In this document: piece after piece, positions 15,188 to 28,368 of the stretch
Numbering within the stretch: the stretch's first letter is position 1
Layout: each line of letters opens with the position of its first letter
DNA from: Microbotryum violaceum
Lineage: Eukaryota
Assembly (NCBI GenBank): GCA_001244265.2
Contig: CDLV01000007.1
Location: forward strand, 1,612,001 to 1,676,000
Direction: 5' to 3'
DNA length: 64,000 bases
Translations under genes and position numbers: made by a program
Notes under the pieces: model-generated
What the model saw: only the letters and a program-made list of their open reading frames with translations
The model's database searches: none
What the model was told of the DNA's origin: nothing

Positions 15188-15661
15188 GAGCAGAGACGGA
15201 GGAGACGGGGGACGGAGTGGGAGGTTTGAGGGTGTGAAGAGCGAAAGGGAGACGACAGCTTCGGCACAGTCCGGGTGCGAGATCGTCTTCAGTCTTCTTC
15301 GATCCACCCGGCCCGTAACGCGTGGTGTTGCAGGCCGGCGCCGACTCTGCGCCGCGCAAGTTCTAAAATGGCCGACGGTGCGACTCTGTATGATAGGAGA
15401 CGAATGAGATTGCAAAGGAATTGACATTCGCGGGCTGAAAAAAACAAGGGGAGGAAACATTGCGAGATGCGAGCAAACGACTGAATGAGACCTCGAGTCC
15501 AAGTCGGGATCGAGGGCAAGGCAAGAGCGGAGCGGGGCAGGGGCAGGGGCAAAATAATCGGGAGCGGGGAGGACTGCTCGCTTCGGAAAACTGGTGGAGA
15601 TGTCGACACGAGTCCTCGCACGAGGCAGTAATGAACGGAAAGATCAAAGAGAGCTGCCGCT

Positions 15662-17550
15662 TTATTCGCCTTTCAACTGCTTCTGCTGCCACTCGACAAA
15701 CGAATCGATAGCCGATGGCCCTACAAAAACCCCAGCAGTCAGTCGCCGTAGAATTTCCACATTCGAGTGCGTCCACTCACTCACATGCGTCCTCCTCAGT
15801 CCATCCCTTGAGGTCTGGGGTGACCATCGTGGCAAATTCCCACACTTGGTGGTACAAATCCTTCGAAACACCTCGGAGCGTCTGTTCAGCGAAGGACTGG
15901 CCGTAGCGTACGATCGCTTGGCCCGTTTCGAAACGTCGAGCGAGAACGAGGTCCCAGATCGTGAGCGCGACGTCGCCGGGGAGCGTCTTTTGACCTTCGG
16001 GCATCATGTAGGAGAAGAGGAAGAGATAGAACTCGTGCAGTTGCGCGTCCGAGCGTTCGGAAGGCTTCTCGGGCCATAATCTCTTTTCCACATCGAGCAG
16101 CCACTTTTTGAGTTCGTAGATCGACTTGACGCTGAGTCGGAGGTGCAAGAGTCAGTCGTCGTCAGCGAAAGGGTAAATGTGTAGACAATCCGAAATCACC
16201 TGACTTACGAATCTCTGCGAAAAGTGCGTTGCCAGTCGGCGAGCGAATATGAGCCAAAGGTCCGTGCTTTCAGCTTCCACGACAGCACAAGGGCCGTGAC
16301 CTGGTTAAACGCGGATGGTCAGCGGTGTACACGACCTAAACGTACATTGGTGAGAACACCCACATCGGCGAGACTGATGTCCATGTGCTCAAACAGCGTT
16401 TGGATGCCGTCAAAGTCGATCAATTCGGGGTCGTCCTCACTCGCGTACTCGGCAAACCAGGTTTTGCACTGCTCGTCCCATTTCAAAGATATCGCGGTGA
16501 CCTTGGCAGGCTTGGCCGTCTTACTGGGCTTCTTGGCCAAAGCGGGGGAAGGTGTCGACGTTGTGTGCACTTGAATGTCCTCGGTCAACTGCGTGCTGGC
16601 TTTCTTTGAGGTAAACTTGGTCGTTCCGATTTTTGAAGCGCCTGCATGGACAAGAAAAATGGTTAGTTCCCTGTGAGTCTCAAAGCGTCGAGTGAAAGTC
16701 GAGACTAACTATTGGAAGATGATACAATGGCGGTTTTGACGGCTTTAGTCGATTTCTTGATGGGCTCTTTGGCCTTCTTGCTCGTCGACTTGGTCACCTT
16801 GGGTGCGGGTGCCTGTCGGTACTATTCCCAGCCGCATCAGCTTCCCCCACAAATTGCAATGCAGACTTGACAGAACCGACCTCGATCACCACCGACGAGT
16901 CACCACTGTCGGTCGTAACATGACTCTGCAAGTCGTCGAGCTCGACCTGTTCGATAGGCTTGATTGCCGTTTTCGGAACCAATTTCTTGGAGACCGTGGT
17001 GGCAGATTTCGTCTTGGACGAAGACGTTGAAGCGAAGGGCGCGACTTTGGCTGGGTTGCGTTTGTTTTCAATTTTGTAAGGGGATGAAGTCGTCGCTTGG
17101 GTGGCAGTGGAAGAAGTAGTAGCGACCGTGATATTTGCCTTGGTGGCAGCGGTCGGTGTATTTTTGGAGCTGCTCGCACCCGACGAGGTCGATGCGGTGG
17201 CCGAAGTCGACGTTGACGGATCCGCGGTGGCGAACGCTTTGGAGCTACGCGTCGAAGGACGCTTGACGGGAGGTTCTTTAACCATATCGGAAGAAGCAAA
17301 AGTTGAGGCTTTGTTGGAGGTGGATGAAGACGATGTGGTGGCTGCTTTGCGCTTCGTGGGCTGTGGGGTGGGGTGAATAGATTCAGTTGCGAGTCAGACC
17401 GGCGTCGTACGTGGTCATGACGCCATTGCCATCGACCAGCAGTGCCAGGAGGACCGTGCTCGCCTTGCCCTTGGACGGGCTTGCCTGCCACCTGGAGGCA
17501 TGTCGACACTCTGAGCTCTGAGACTATTGATGAGAAAAGTTGACCGACCA
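15662..17550 (-). CDS. DCN1: DCN1-like neddylation E3 (cullin-binding/PONY domain) with long S/T/K-rich N-terminus; start approximate
   Basis: WFAEYASEDDPELIDFDGI, LVLSWKLKA, FYLFLFSY..EGQKTL..ALTIWDLVL, VSKDLY.QVWEF, EDAWPSAIDSFVEW. Confidence 0.85.
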
Positions 17551-17821
17551 TGATCAACACGAGACAAGCCAACCTCTCGGAGTCCCGTACTGACGCTACT
17601 CGACCCGAGCAACGAGTCGAGGAGGTGCACAGAAGGGAGCAGTCGTGACGAAAGCGCGGTCCACAAGTGGTGCTGTTCGATGTAGGCGCATGGGCCAAAT
17701 TTCCACTCTATCCCACCGTGGAAGCTCGGCGCGTGACAGAGGACGTGGACGTGATGTCAATCGTCGGCGCTTGCTCCTCAACACATCTTCGTCGATTCTC
17801 TCTCCCGAGCTTTGCTCCCCG

Positions 17822-20162
17822 ATGGTGAAGTGTTCCACCCCAGCACCTGCACCGCCACCACCAGTCCCCGACGCTCTCAATTTCGACATCGATGATCCGA
17901 CTGACTTCACCTCGCCCGAGCTCGGGCTGCTCGACGCGTCGTTGCGATGTCCCATCTGTTCCGAGCTCTTTGTCGGTCCCGTCATCCTCACCACCTGTTG
18001 TCACACCTTTTGTTCGAGCTGTTTGAGGTCAGTCTATCTCTGTGTCTCGAATCAAACACTCGAAGGCCCGTGCGACCTTTCATCTGGATGATCGGATGAT
18101 GGACGACACGTCGCGGCGCGCTCATCCCCGACCCGCCAGATTTCATCCCCGCGTGCTTTTCGTGGCGGCAGAGGCTGAGACATAACCTGAGATCTATACA
18201 GACAGAGCCTCTCGGAACGTCGCAAGTGCCCACAATGCGCAATGGAAACCGACACCTCGAGGCTGCGCAAGAACCAGCGCATCGAAGAGGTCGTACAGGC
18301 CTGGCAAAAAGCGAGGTGCGGAGCACACTCCCGATCTAGTCACAACGTATGAGCGATTGAACGATCCGATCATTTTCTTGTTGGAAACCTACCGCACAGA
18401 GCCGCCATTTTGGACTTGCAAGTTCTCGCGACGAGGGCTTCTCGCGGGTCGAACGAAGGCTCCGTACCGTTCAAGTCTAAAGCCCAAGGCTCGAGGCCTG
18501 CGAAACGCGTCAAGAGTGAAGGCTCGGGCCACGCTTCTACATCGACGAGACCGACTCGCAATTCCACGGCATCGAACCGAGCAAGTGGCACAGCCTACGA
18601 TGATGCCGCCAGCTCGGACCTCGAGATCATCGAAAGTGCTCCCGTCGTTTCGAGGAGGTCCCAGCGCTCGAGTCGGGGAGGTAACCCAGATGATCGTAAG
18701 TTCCAATCTACATTTCACGTCCTCTGGCATGGAAGAAAGCTGACCATGACTCCTGCTCTACCGTTGCTCAGCCAATTTAAATGTCGAATGCCCCATCTGT
18801 CAAGCCCAAGTACGAAACGCCGACATGAACCGGCATATCGACAGCGGGTGTGCTGTCATCAAACCTGCCGGAGCCGCGTGGGAAAGCATGTTTTTGAGTA
18901 CCTCAGCCAGTACAAGCGGGGAGAGCTCCAAGGGCGAGGCCAAAGGGAAAGGCAAGGCCAAAGATGAAGAGATGTGAGCTACCCTTGCTCTTCAAACGAG
19001 CTGACATCAAATCGAGACTGAATCGGTATCATTTGAACTAAGATCGGGACACCCAACGACCGACCCGATACCTCAAATATCATACGCCGGAATGAAGCTC
19101 AAAAGGATCCATAGCTTGCTTGAGGTGAGCCTGCACGTTTCTTGCAGGATTCGCATCGGAGCGTACTAACCAACGCAAAGTCTTGTATTCTCTCCTCGCT
19201 CACAGGCCTTTAATCTCGACCTCTCCGTCCCGCCCGAAGCGAAGATGCAAGATTCCAAAGTCGCCTACCTCACCAAGCGTCACCAACGATGGTCAACGAT
19301 CTGGAATGCCAACTCGGACGTTGACCCCAAAGACCCTCGGCACAAGACGCCGTCGCAGATGCGTCAGCAGCTCAAGGAGTGGGAGACGACGATGAGCGCG
19401 CAGGAGAATCATGCGATTGGGAATAGGGACAAGTATGCTAAGGAACATGAGAAGGAGTTTAGGGAACTGATCAGGGTGGGGAAGGAAGCGCAGATGGCGG
19501 CGAAAAGGAAGAGGGAAGAGGTGGCGGCGGCGGAAGAGCAGTGAGTGATGGTAAATCATCGTGATCAGGCGCGATCCTCGTCCTGACTCGGGTTTTCGGG
19601 CTTGAGCAGGAGCAGTGGAACCAAGGACGACGCGATGGAGGTCGAAGAAGCTGGAGTCTCCGCCGGCCTCGACGACAAATCTGCATCGCCGACCCTGCAT
19701 CCTCCACCATCCTTGTTCATCCCCGATAGTCCGATGATAACCCCTGCTTCGATGATCAAACCTCGATCCTCTGTACGGTTCGCAGCAGCCGCCGGTTCGC
19801 CTTCGCCTTCGCCTTCGCCTTCGCCTTTCCATTTCCCTTCACCCTCTCCGGCCCCTTCCGTCAACCAACCCGAAGCCAATCCTGATGTCGACGAGTCCTC
19901 GGAAAAGACGTTACCGTTCAGGGTTCTAGACCTCGGAACCCACGTACCGATCGCAGCAGCAAGTACTCGTGACCGCAAACGCTCTCCCTCACCCTACGAT
20001 CCCCGAGGTCCTCGACCTTCACAGAGAAATCGAGAAGAGGAAGAGATGTGGGCTCGAAGAGCTGAGGAGGAGGGGGAGAAGGAGGATGAAGATGAGGCTC
20101 AGTCGCGCGCCGGGGGGGGGGGGGGGGGGGGTGATCATGTCAAGGAGTCGGATAGGAAATGA
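17822..20162 (+). CDS. RAD18: Post-replication repair E3 ligase Rad18
   Basis: RING CPIC..CCHTFCSSCLR..KCPQC, UBZ4 VECPIC..MNRHIDSGC, SAP-like region and RHQRWSTIWNANSD. Confidence 0.9.
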
Positions 20163-20899
20163 AGTCTCTGGGAATGTCGATGGATGAGTCGCTCAGGATT
20201 TTGCAGAGCCTTGAGTAAGACAAGACAGAATGGTCATCTTCCGAGTACGGCCTATTTACGGTCTTTATTCCACAAAATGAACAGAGAAACACGGCGTGAA
20301 TCGAGAAAAACCTGGCTGCAGTTCCTGTAGAATGGCCCGGGATAGGCAGCGCCAGTTTGGGAGAGTTTGGGGCGGCGGGCTATCCACACGCTCCAGCTTT
20401 TTATTGTCCTCGCGCGCGAGTTTTGGATTGATTTCCGCCGCCTAATTCGGCCGCGCGTTTCGGCCTCCCTGTCTTGAGACGCGTCTGTCGGGTTCGTTGC
20501 GACAGCACGTGACCAACGGGCGCGCGGTCCAAGCGCAATGTTTGCTGTTTACTGCGCTCGCGCTCATAGACATTGCCCGCGCGCATGAATAAACAGGGCT
20601 ATTCAACCCGGTTCTCTCTTTCATCCCTTCCATGCACTTGCAAGTCCTAAACGATCTTCACCACTCCAACACCATGTCGTCAAACCCCCTCTTCGACTCA
20701 TCAATGTCGTACAAGGTCACGCGCCCTCGTTGCGCCGCCTGACGCCAAATCGATACAAACAACATCGGTTCCCGCCGCCGAATTCCCCGACTGGCTTGCG
20801 AGACAACATGCGACCATCAATTGGCAACGCCACAAGATCGCAGGCCCTTCCAATCAACCGTCAAGTAGGTTCCCATCGCGTTTGCATTCATGACAGTCA

Positions 20900-21760
20900 A
20901 ACAGCGCGAACAGCACGTTGCTCGATGCCCATGCTGACTGTTTTGTTGACTGTCCTTCTACCGCTGCTCCTCTCCACACAGATCCCGGCACTCGTCTCAA
21001 AGGACAGCATCGCAGAGTGTTGTTGGAAAAATACATCTGCAATTGGGCCGGAAGCCCAAGGGCTGTAGCAGAATCATTGATCTCGTGCCTGAGTGAAGGT
21101 AAGCAACGATCCCCACGGTCCGGCGCGCTGGCCTCGAGATAGTTCCCTTGGCTCATACCCTTCTGTCTGATGATTCACAGGTCACGTATCACGCGATCAC
21201 CACCAGAAATTACATCGAGTCGTGGCATAAGATCTTGAAGAATCGTTACATTGGCCGCGGGCAGCGACAGCGGATGGATCAGCTCATCCACACCCTCACG
21301 ATGGAGGCCGAGCCAGCCTAGCGCCAAGAGATTAGTCTCATCGTCACCGGCTTTGTTCGTCGGCGATCGAGTAGGGCCGAGACTCAGCGCCAGAACACCG
21401 CGCAATCAACTGAGTGGAGTCGAGCGAACGATATGGTCACGGAGATGGACGACGACGGTGATGTGAGTTGAACTTAGGATTTTCTCGCGTCTCGGGGTCG
21501 AGACTTTGGCTGACTTGACCTCGACGACTTTTTCTTCTTCTTTTTGTCAATCTTTAGATCTACGTCACGTCTTTCGGAGAGGACGAGCAGGAGGACGAAG
21601 ATTCGACCTTCATTGAGACAAGCTACATCGTTGGACTCAATCCCACCGACTCGAGCGTGATCTCGACTTGCGATTGTCCGGATTTCGTTCGACACATGTT
21701 TCCGTGCAAGCACATGTGGCTTGCCGCGCGTGGATCTTTGCACTAGTGACCTGCTCCTCT
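20900..21760 (+). mobile_element. Degraded Mutator-like (MULE) transposase remnant with SWIM zinc finger
   Basis: NYIESWHKILKNRY..RMDQLIHTL at ~21208 and SWIM CDCPDF..FPCKHMW at 21669-21719. In-frame stops; introns present. Confidence 0.75.
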
Positions 21761-22520
21761 CGCATCTCAAGTATCGTCTCATGTGTCTGAAGTTTCGCCC
21801 TCGCTGCCGCTGCCGTCATTGTCGCTCGCTCCACCAGTTCAAGCAATACCCAACAACACTGCCGAGCACGAAGATCGCATTCAACTCTACCGACGGCTCG
21901 CTGAGGAAGCCGGACGAGTACATGCAAAGCTGCTTCGGACTTTGCAGGAGTTAAAGGCTGATAAGTGCAACCCTCACGGCTGGCGGACTCTGGGGTGGCC
22001 GAGGCTTTCATCGAGGCAGGCAAGTCAGTGACGGAAGTGTATTCTACATGGGGGGCTAAGAAGAGGAGAGTATGAGGAGTATGGGGAGACGGGGGCGAGC
22101 AGGGGATTTGAGGAGAATTTGTACCTCAACTTCGACAATGTGACATCATCCGTGACCGAGCGCCTTTCACCACGCCCCTTCAAGTCTATTCTGCTGGGTA
22201 CGTTACAAAAATTTCATTACAAAGGGAGGAGCACGTAGCCCATGCTTCTGTCTTAGCCCTAACGAACCTGCGTTTGTTACAGTGCATCGCTGTGAGGCTC
22301 CAACCATCTGGCCATCGCCAAGCAAATTTCCGTCCGCCACATGTGGTGTAACTAAGATGGAATGTGGAACGCTATGTATCTCGCACTGAGGACACTTATG
22401 TCAGAACCGTTGCGAGAGCGAACGGAGTAAGACTAAGTAGAAAAGTGTCACTCAGGCGCAGACCAATCTAAACAAGCTAATAGATTGTAAGGCCAGGGCA
22501 AGATTTGTGAGGTGATAATA

Positions 22521-25500
22521 TCTTCCGTTTAGCAAATTACCCTAACTATAACTATAACTAGTAAAAAAAAAGTGTGGGTTAAGGAATGTACCTAAAATCG
22601 CTGTTTTTAACTAGGTTGCGGCCCTCCGGGCCGCCTGTGGTGGATGTACAAGCATACTGTTGTGCCTGACGCACCTTCCTGTGGTGTCCATGTTCCTATC
22701 AGAAGTCATGTATAAGCGCTGTGGTGACTTTTGTATTTTCCGCGCCGTTCCAACGAAGCTACAGCGCTCCCAGTATTTTCCTTCTTTTTTTCGCTCACAT
22801 AAAACAATGCTTCCACTCATATTGCATTTAATGAACCGCAAGCGCGTGGCTTTGCATGATATTGCTTCTACAGCAGAGCTCTGCCTGACGTGCGAGGCGA
22901 GGGCTGGCGTTTGTCACGTGATGCGGTGCGCCGGCGGTGTCAGTGTCATTCCGGCAGTCGACCAGCGGCATTAGGGGCTGAACAACGAATCAAACCACGT
23001 AAATAATCCTGCGCCACTCCCTCGAACCTTTCCTTTCTCCCTCCCACTCTCATCCAATTTTAGTGACACTCATTCAAGAACAAACCCTCGCTACTATGTC
23101 CCGGTCCCAAGGTCGCCAGGGTCTCAGGGAGGGCCATCGCAACCTTGCCAAGTTTTGGGCGCGAGGGTAGCGCCGTACCATGGGCCACCATGGGCCTGCT
23201 CGAGCGCCCGCTGCTGGGCGCCCCGAGGCTCGACCCTCCTCTTCGTCCCGCTCCGATCAACAGAATCAGCCCCCCGGCGCGTCATGACAACAATTTAACC
23301 GATCTTGGCATTGCGACACGTATACGCGCCCGCCGTGGTCAGCGCGATGGCCAACTCGACGCTGGGCTCGCCCCACCACCACCTCCTCCGCAAAGGCGAG
23401 TGCGCCGGGCTCGAAACGCGCTCAAACCCTTCAAGCCCACGTTTCGATTCGCGACGACCTCGGCCCCAGACGGCCGTGTGCACCCACTGCAAGGCTCGGC
23501 ACTGGGAGTGCGAAAGGTCCAAGTCGACCAGACACTTCGGCGCGTGCTGCTCGCAGGGCAAGGTGCGGCTACCTCCCCCTCCCCAGCCCAATCTCGAGTA
23601 TCGGCAGCTTCTTCAAGGCTCGGATAGCGGTCAGTTGCTCCGTCCAACGACATTCGTCTGCAGTAGACCCACATGCTGAATTATGCGATGCACCTACACA
23701 GACGCTAAAGCATTCCGCGAGAATGCCCGGTCTTACAATAACGCGTTGTCCTTTACTTCGCTCGCTGCCCACTGGGACCAAACCCAAGTGGGCACTCTAG
23801 GACCTCCCGTGTTTCGTGTGTTCGGCCGCCTCTATCATCGACTCGGTGCCCTGATCCCTGCCGTGAATCAACGCCCAGCCTTTGCCCAGACATGGCTGAT
23901 CGACCCGGCCGAGGCCACCAACACACGACTTTAAGGACCCGACAGCACAGAGACTCGCATACAAAGTTCAACGCTGACCAAGCTAGAGTCCATGTTGCGC
24001 ACTGGCAATCGCTTTGTGAGGGAGTTCGCATCGGCCAAAGCCCGCGCGGGTTGGGATACAGCCAAAGAGTGGGTCCTGCGCCTCTGTCTGCCACCAGGCC
24101 GAGACCGACGCACCCACAACCTTCCTACGTCAAGCACGGAAATGGCGATGCTTATCTGCGATTCCGACACCAACACCGGAGATCGTGGACCGCAAGACCT
24201 TATTCTCCAGGTGCACGGTGATCGATGTCCCGATGGTCGGCCCAAGTACCAAACCGTTAGCTCGCTCCATCCGTCTGCGATGCCTCTCCGGTACCCACTA
24301 CTCTTCCCCGCGGGGGAAGATGGCTTCCACCCCAACATTCCTCTTTGCGGTTCCAACCAAGCTGGGCCGCCCATCTCCAGAAACCGAGAGCAGATCGACA
24401 ATGGTGTCCAATTGCGCGAGCTACTTGACGGCCTTGGTCCAGATGAAGAAGACGAAGAGGAGGACGATGAGGATGAAGGCGACGAGGAGGACGAAGAGAA
24501 TGGTGATGGTGAACGTAAGCTAAGCGTCTTCGGCTCATTCTCATATACCTCTCTGTTGAGACGCACCCTCAGACTGACATAAATTGTTCGAAAATCTAGG
24601 ACGAAGATCAAACAAGAGGGGTCGAGGTGGATCAACCCGAGTTTCGCGTTCCCAATACTTTGCATATCACTTGCACGAACGCGACGACTACTTCTCCATT
24701 CCGCATGCCACCCAGCGTCTCTTCCTCGAGTTCGTGATTGACGGATACTCCCAAGTCGAGACCGATCGACTCAACTACATCCGGTTGCATCAAGAAAGTC
24801 TGCGCCTCACCACGGCCCAAGGCATCACCGACGCTGTTGCCAACGGCTTGACCCCGGATCAAATTGGACGTTCGGTGATTTTGGGCTCGACGTTCAAGAA
24901 TAGCCCGCGCGAGATCACGCAGCGCTACCAAGATGCGATGGCTTGCGTCGTCAAATATGGAAAGCCTTCGCTGTTCATCACGGTGACGTGCAACCCCGAA
25001 TGGCCGGAAATCAAGGCTGCACTGGGGCCGAACGACAAAGCATGCCACCGTCCGGATCTCATTGCACGAGTGTTTGAAGCCAAGCTGAACCGACTCTGCG
25101 ACGACGTTTTTGGCAACAAGCAACGTGCAGGCTGTTTTGGCGTGGTTCTGACGCATACACATGTGATTGAGTATCAGAAGCGGGGCCTGCCACATGCCCA
25201 TATCCTCATCACCCTCGCGCCGGACGATCATCCTTTGTCGACGGAAGCGATCGACAAGATGATCTCGGCCGAGATACCCGATCCTTCGCGCTATCCTGAT
25301 CTCCACGAGACCGTCACAAAGCACATGCTGCATGGCAAGTGTGGCGGAAACTCGACTCAGCCCTGCATGGAGAAGGACAAGTACGGTAATCCGAGGTGCA
25401 AGCGCCATTTTCCTCGCGAACAGAACCCCCACACCCGCATGCACCCTGAAGGCTACCCGTTGTATCGCCGACGCTTTCGCCACGCCGTTGTCAAGGGGGG

Positions 25501-28368
25501 TGTTATCTACAACGATGGTGACTGCGTGCCGTACTCGCCTTATCTCTGCGCCAAGTACAACGCGCATATCAATGTGGAGGCTGTGACAACGATCGGCGCG
25601 ATCAAGTACCTCTTCAAGTATGTGTACAAAGGTCCGGATCGAGCTGTGGCGCGTGTTGAGCGTGCAGCGAACGGTGAAGGGGCTCGCGAGGACGAACCGG
25701 TTCGAGATGAGATCAACGAGTTCGTCGAAGGTCGCTACATCAGTGCTCCAGAAGCGGTCCACCGCCTATTCGGATTCTCGGTCGGTAGAGTGTGGCCACC
25801 CGTCAATCGACTACCGGTCCATCTGGAGAATCAACAATCTGTGCAGATCAATCCCAATGAACCGCTGCCCCTCGACACTCCGCCCACTCGCTCCAAACTG
25901 ACCGGCTTCTTCGACCTGTGCGCTGCAGCTCCCGACGGCGAGCACACTACCACGTTGCTCTACACGAATGTGCCGCGCTACTACTCCTGGAATAAGGAGA
26001 AGTTGCGCTGGAAACGCCGAGTCCATGATCGCAATGTCATTGGACGAATCTACACCGTCCCACTGCGTAATGGGGAGCGCTTTTACCTCAGACTGCTCCT
26101 CGAGGTCGTCATGGGCCCGACATCGTTTGCGGACCTGCTCATGTTCGAAGACGTCGTGTATCCTTCCTATCGCGCCGCTTGCGCCGCTCGCGGACTTCTC
26201 GCCGACGATGGCGAGCATCACATCTGTCTCAGGGAAGCTGCACAGATTGAAACCGGTGACCAACTACGCCGATTATTCGTGTTCATGCTCATCCATGCGA
26301 CGGTTGCCAACCCACCAGCTTTGCTGGATCGTCACTTTGCTTCTCTTAGCGACGATGCCCGTTATCACATCGAACGCTATGAAGACGTGCCCGTCAACGA
26401 TCAAACCATCCGCCTGTGGACCCTCAACAAGATTCGTCTCCTCCTTGCGGCAAACGATCGAACTTTGGCCTTCTTTGATCTTCCCGAGCTGACCGAGGAC
26501 GAAGTGCGGCTGTTTGATCGTCTCGAGGAACGGCTTCCCCGTTTTGATCGCCAGCAATGCGCGCAAGATGCCGAAGCGGCGCATGCCCGTCTGAACCACG
26601 ACCAACGAATTGCATTTGACGAGTGTCTTTGCGCGGTCGAGCTCGATGTCGTCGATCAGATGCGCGACAACAACCTTGGGCCGCAGCATGTGTTTTTCCT
26701 GCTAGCACCTGGGGGTACTGGCAAGACTTTTGTGGAGAATGCCCTTCTCGATACTGTGCGAGCTCGAGGCGACCAAGCGATTGCGGTGGCGTCGTCCGGA
26801 GTAGCGACGTTGCTTCTCAAGGGAGGACACACGGCGCATTCAACTTTTCGAATCCCACTCGACACCTTGCCAACCTCGACGTGTCCAGTCGACAGGGAGA
26901 GTGATCTCGCGCTGATGCTGCGTGCCACCAAGCTCATCATTTGGGATGAAGCCCCAATGGCGCATCGATTCGCGGTGGAAGCTGTCGACCGTTTACTGCG
27001 TGATCTCCGAGAGACCGAGGAGCACTTCGGCGGGGTGACAATGATCTTTGCGGGTCAGTTGGGCTCTTCCGCCTCCGCTCTGAACAGCGGCATGCTAACG
27101 AGGTTTCCAATTTGTAGGGGACTTTCGCCAGTGCCTTCCTGTCGTTCCCAAAGGAACTCCCGGTCAAATCGCCGATGCATCCCTCATCAAGGCAGACTTT
27201 TGGCGCGACGTTCGTGTCTTGCGGCTTACCGAGAACATGCGTCTCAGCTCGAACGCTGATGCGATGGACGAGGCTCAATTGGCTCGAACGCGCGACTTTG
27301 CGGAATGGCTACTCACCGTGGGAGATGGAACTGCCAACATGCACCCATACGACAAGATTGCAGTACGTCTGGCTCCCCTCTTTTACCCAACCAACCGACA
27401 CTAAGACCCCTTCTATCCGTTTCGCAACAGCCTGATCACCTGCTGCTTCCGGACGGTCAAAGAACGGCCGAAGGGTTGATCAACTTTGTCTACCCCGGTT
27501 TAAGGACCGTGAACAAGGAGTCCCTCGAAGACCTGATTCAGCTGTTCTCACGTCAGGCAATCCTAGCTCCGCATAATGCAACGGTCGATCGCATCAATGC
27601 CAAGCTGCTGGAAGAGTTCAATGGCGACTACATCGAGTATCGCAGCGCAGACGAGGTCGTTGAGGCAGGCGAAACTGGGGGTGGAATGGCGCCGGAACTG
27701 ATTTCGCCAGAGTACCTACATTCAATCAACCCATCCAACTTCCCCGCGCATCACTTGCGTCTCAAGGAAGGGATCCCCGTCGTTCTTCTTCGCAATTTGG
27801 ACCCAGACGCGGGCCTCTGCAACGGTACCCGCCTGATCGTGTCGCACGTAAGATCGAGAGTCATTCAAGCCATCATCTTGACCGGAGATTGAGCGGGCAC
27901 CACGGTCTTCATCCCTCGCGTGCGACTTGAGACAAATGCGACTGGCAGTCGCCAACTTGGTTTCACTATGCGCCGGCTCCAATTCCCGCTTCGCATTGCC
28001 TTGGCCCTGACGATCAACAAAGCCCAAGGTCAATCACTCGATCGTGTTGGCGTCGATCTCTCCCTACATCTCGTCTTCACTCATGGGCAGCTGTATGTGG
28101 CATTGTCTCGAGCCATGAGTGTTGATCGAATCAAGGTGCTACTGCCCTCTCGCGACCCCGCCGATGATGACGACGACCTACAAGCCGTTGATCGAGCGGC
28201 AGCCGCAGCCACCGCGACCCCAAATCCAGTATTCCGCTCTGTTCTCAGAGCAATGAATGGGGAATAGTTTTGAAGCTGTCCTTTGTATTGTGTGTTTTAC
28301 CTTCAACTGAGATCACGATTCTGCTATTTAATTTTCATCCTCCCGCTAATTTAACGGGTTCCCACTGG
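22521..28368 (+). mobile_element. Near full-length Helitron (5' end uncertain, 22521-22537)
   Basis: A|TC at 22520/21; subterminal hairpin CCCGCTAATTTAACGGG (28342-28358) then CTGG|T; encodes RepHel. Confidence 0.92.
23348..28267 (+). pseudogene. Helitron Rep/Pif1-helicase gene, 4 introns, two premature stops
   Basis: N-terminal Zn finger CTHCKARHW..CCSQGKV; HUH VIEYQKRGLPHAHIL; KYLFKYVYKG; Walker A APGGTGKT; IIWDEAPM; GDFRQCLPV; QFPLR..TINKAQGQS; HGQLYVALSR. Stops at 23932-34 and 27890-92; introns ~23630, 24515, 27054, 27364. Confidence 0.93.

Noticed and set aside
23926-23940. TAA insertion as a Harbinger excision footprint
   Set aside because: The sister Helitron has no TAA/TTA target at this position, so a target duplication does not explain it.
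24632-25762. 376-aa minus-strand ORF
   Set aside because: Antisense shadow of the Helitron Rep domain.
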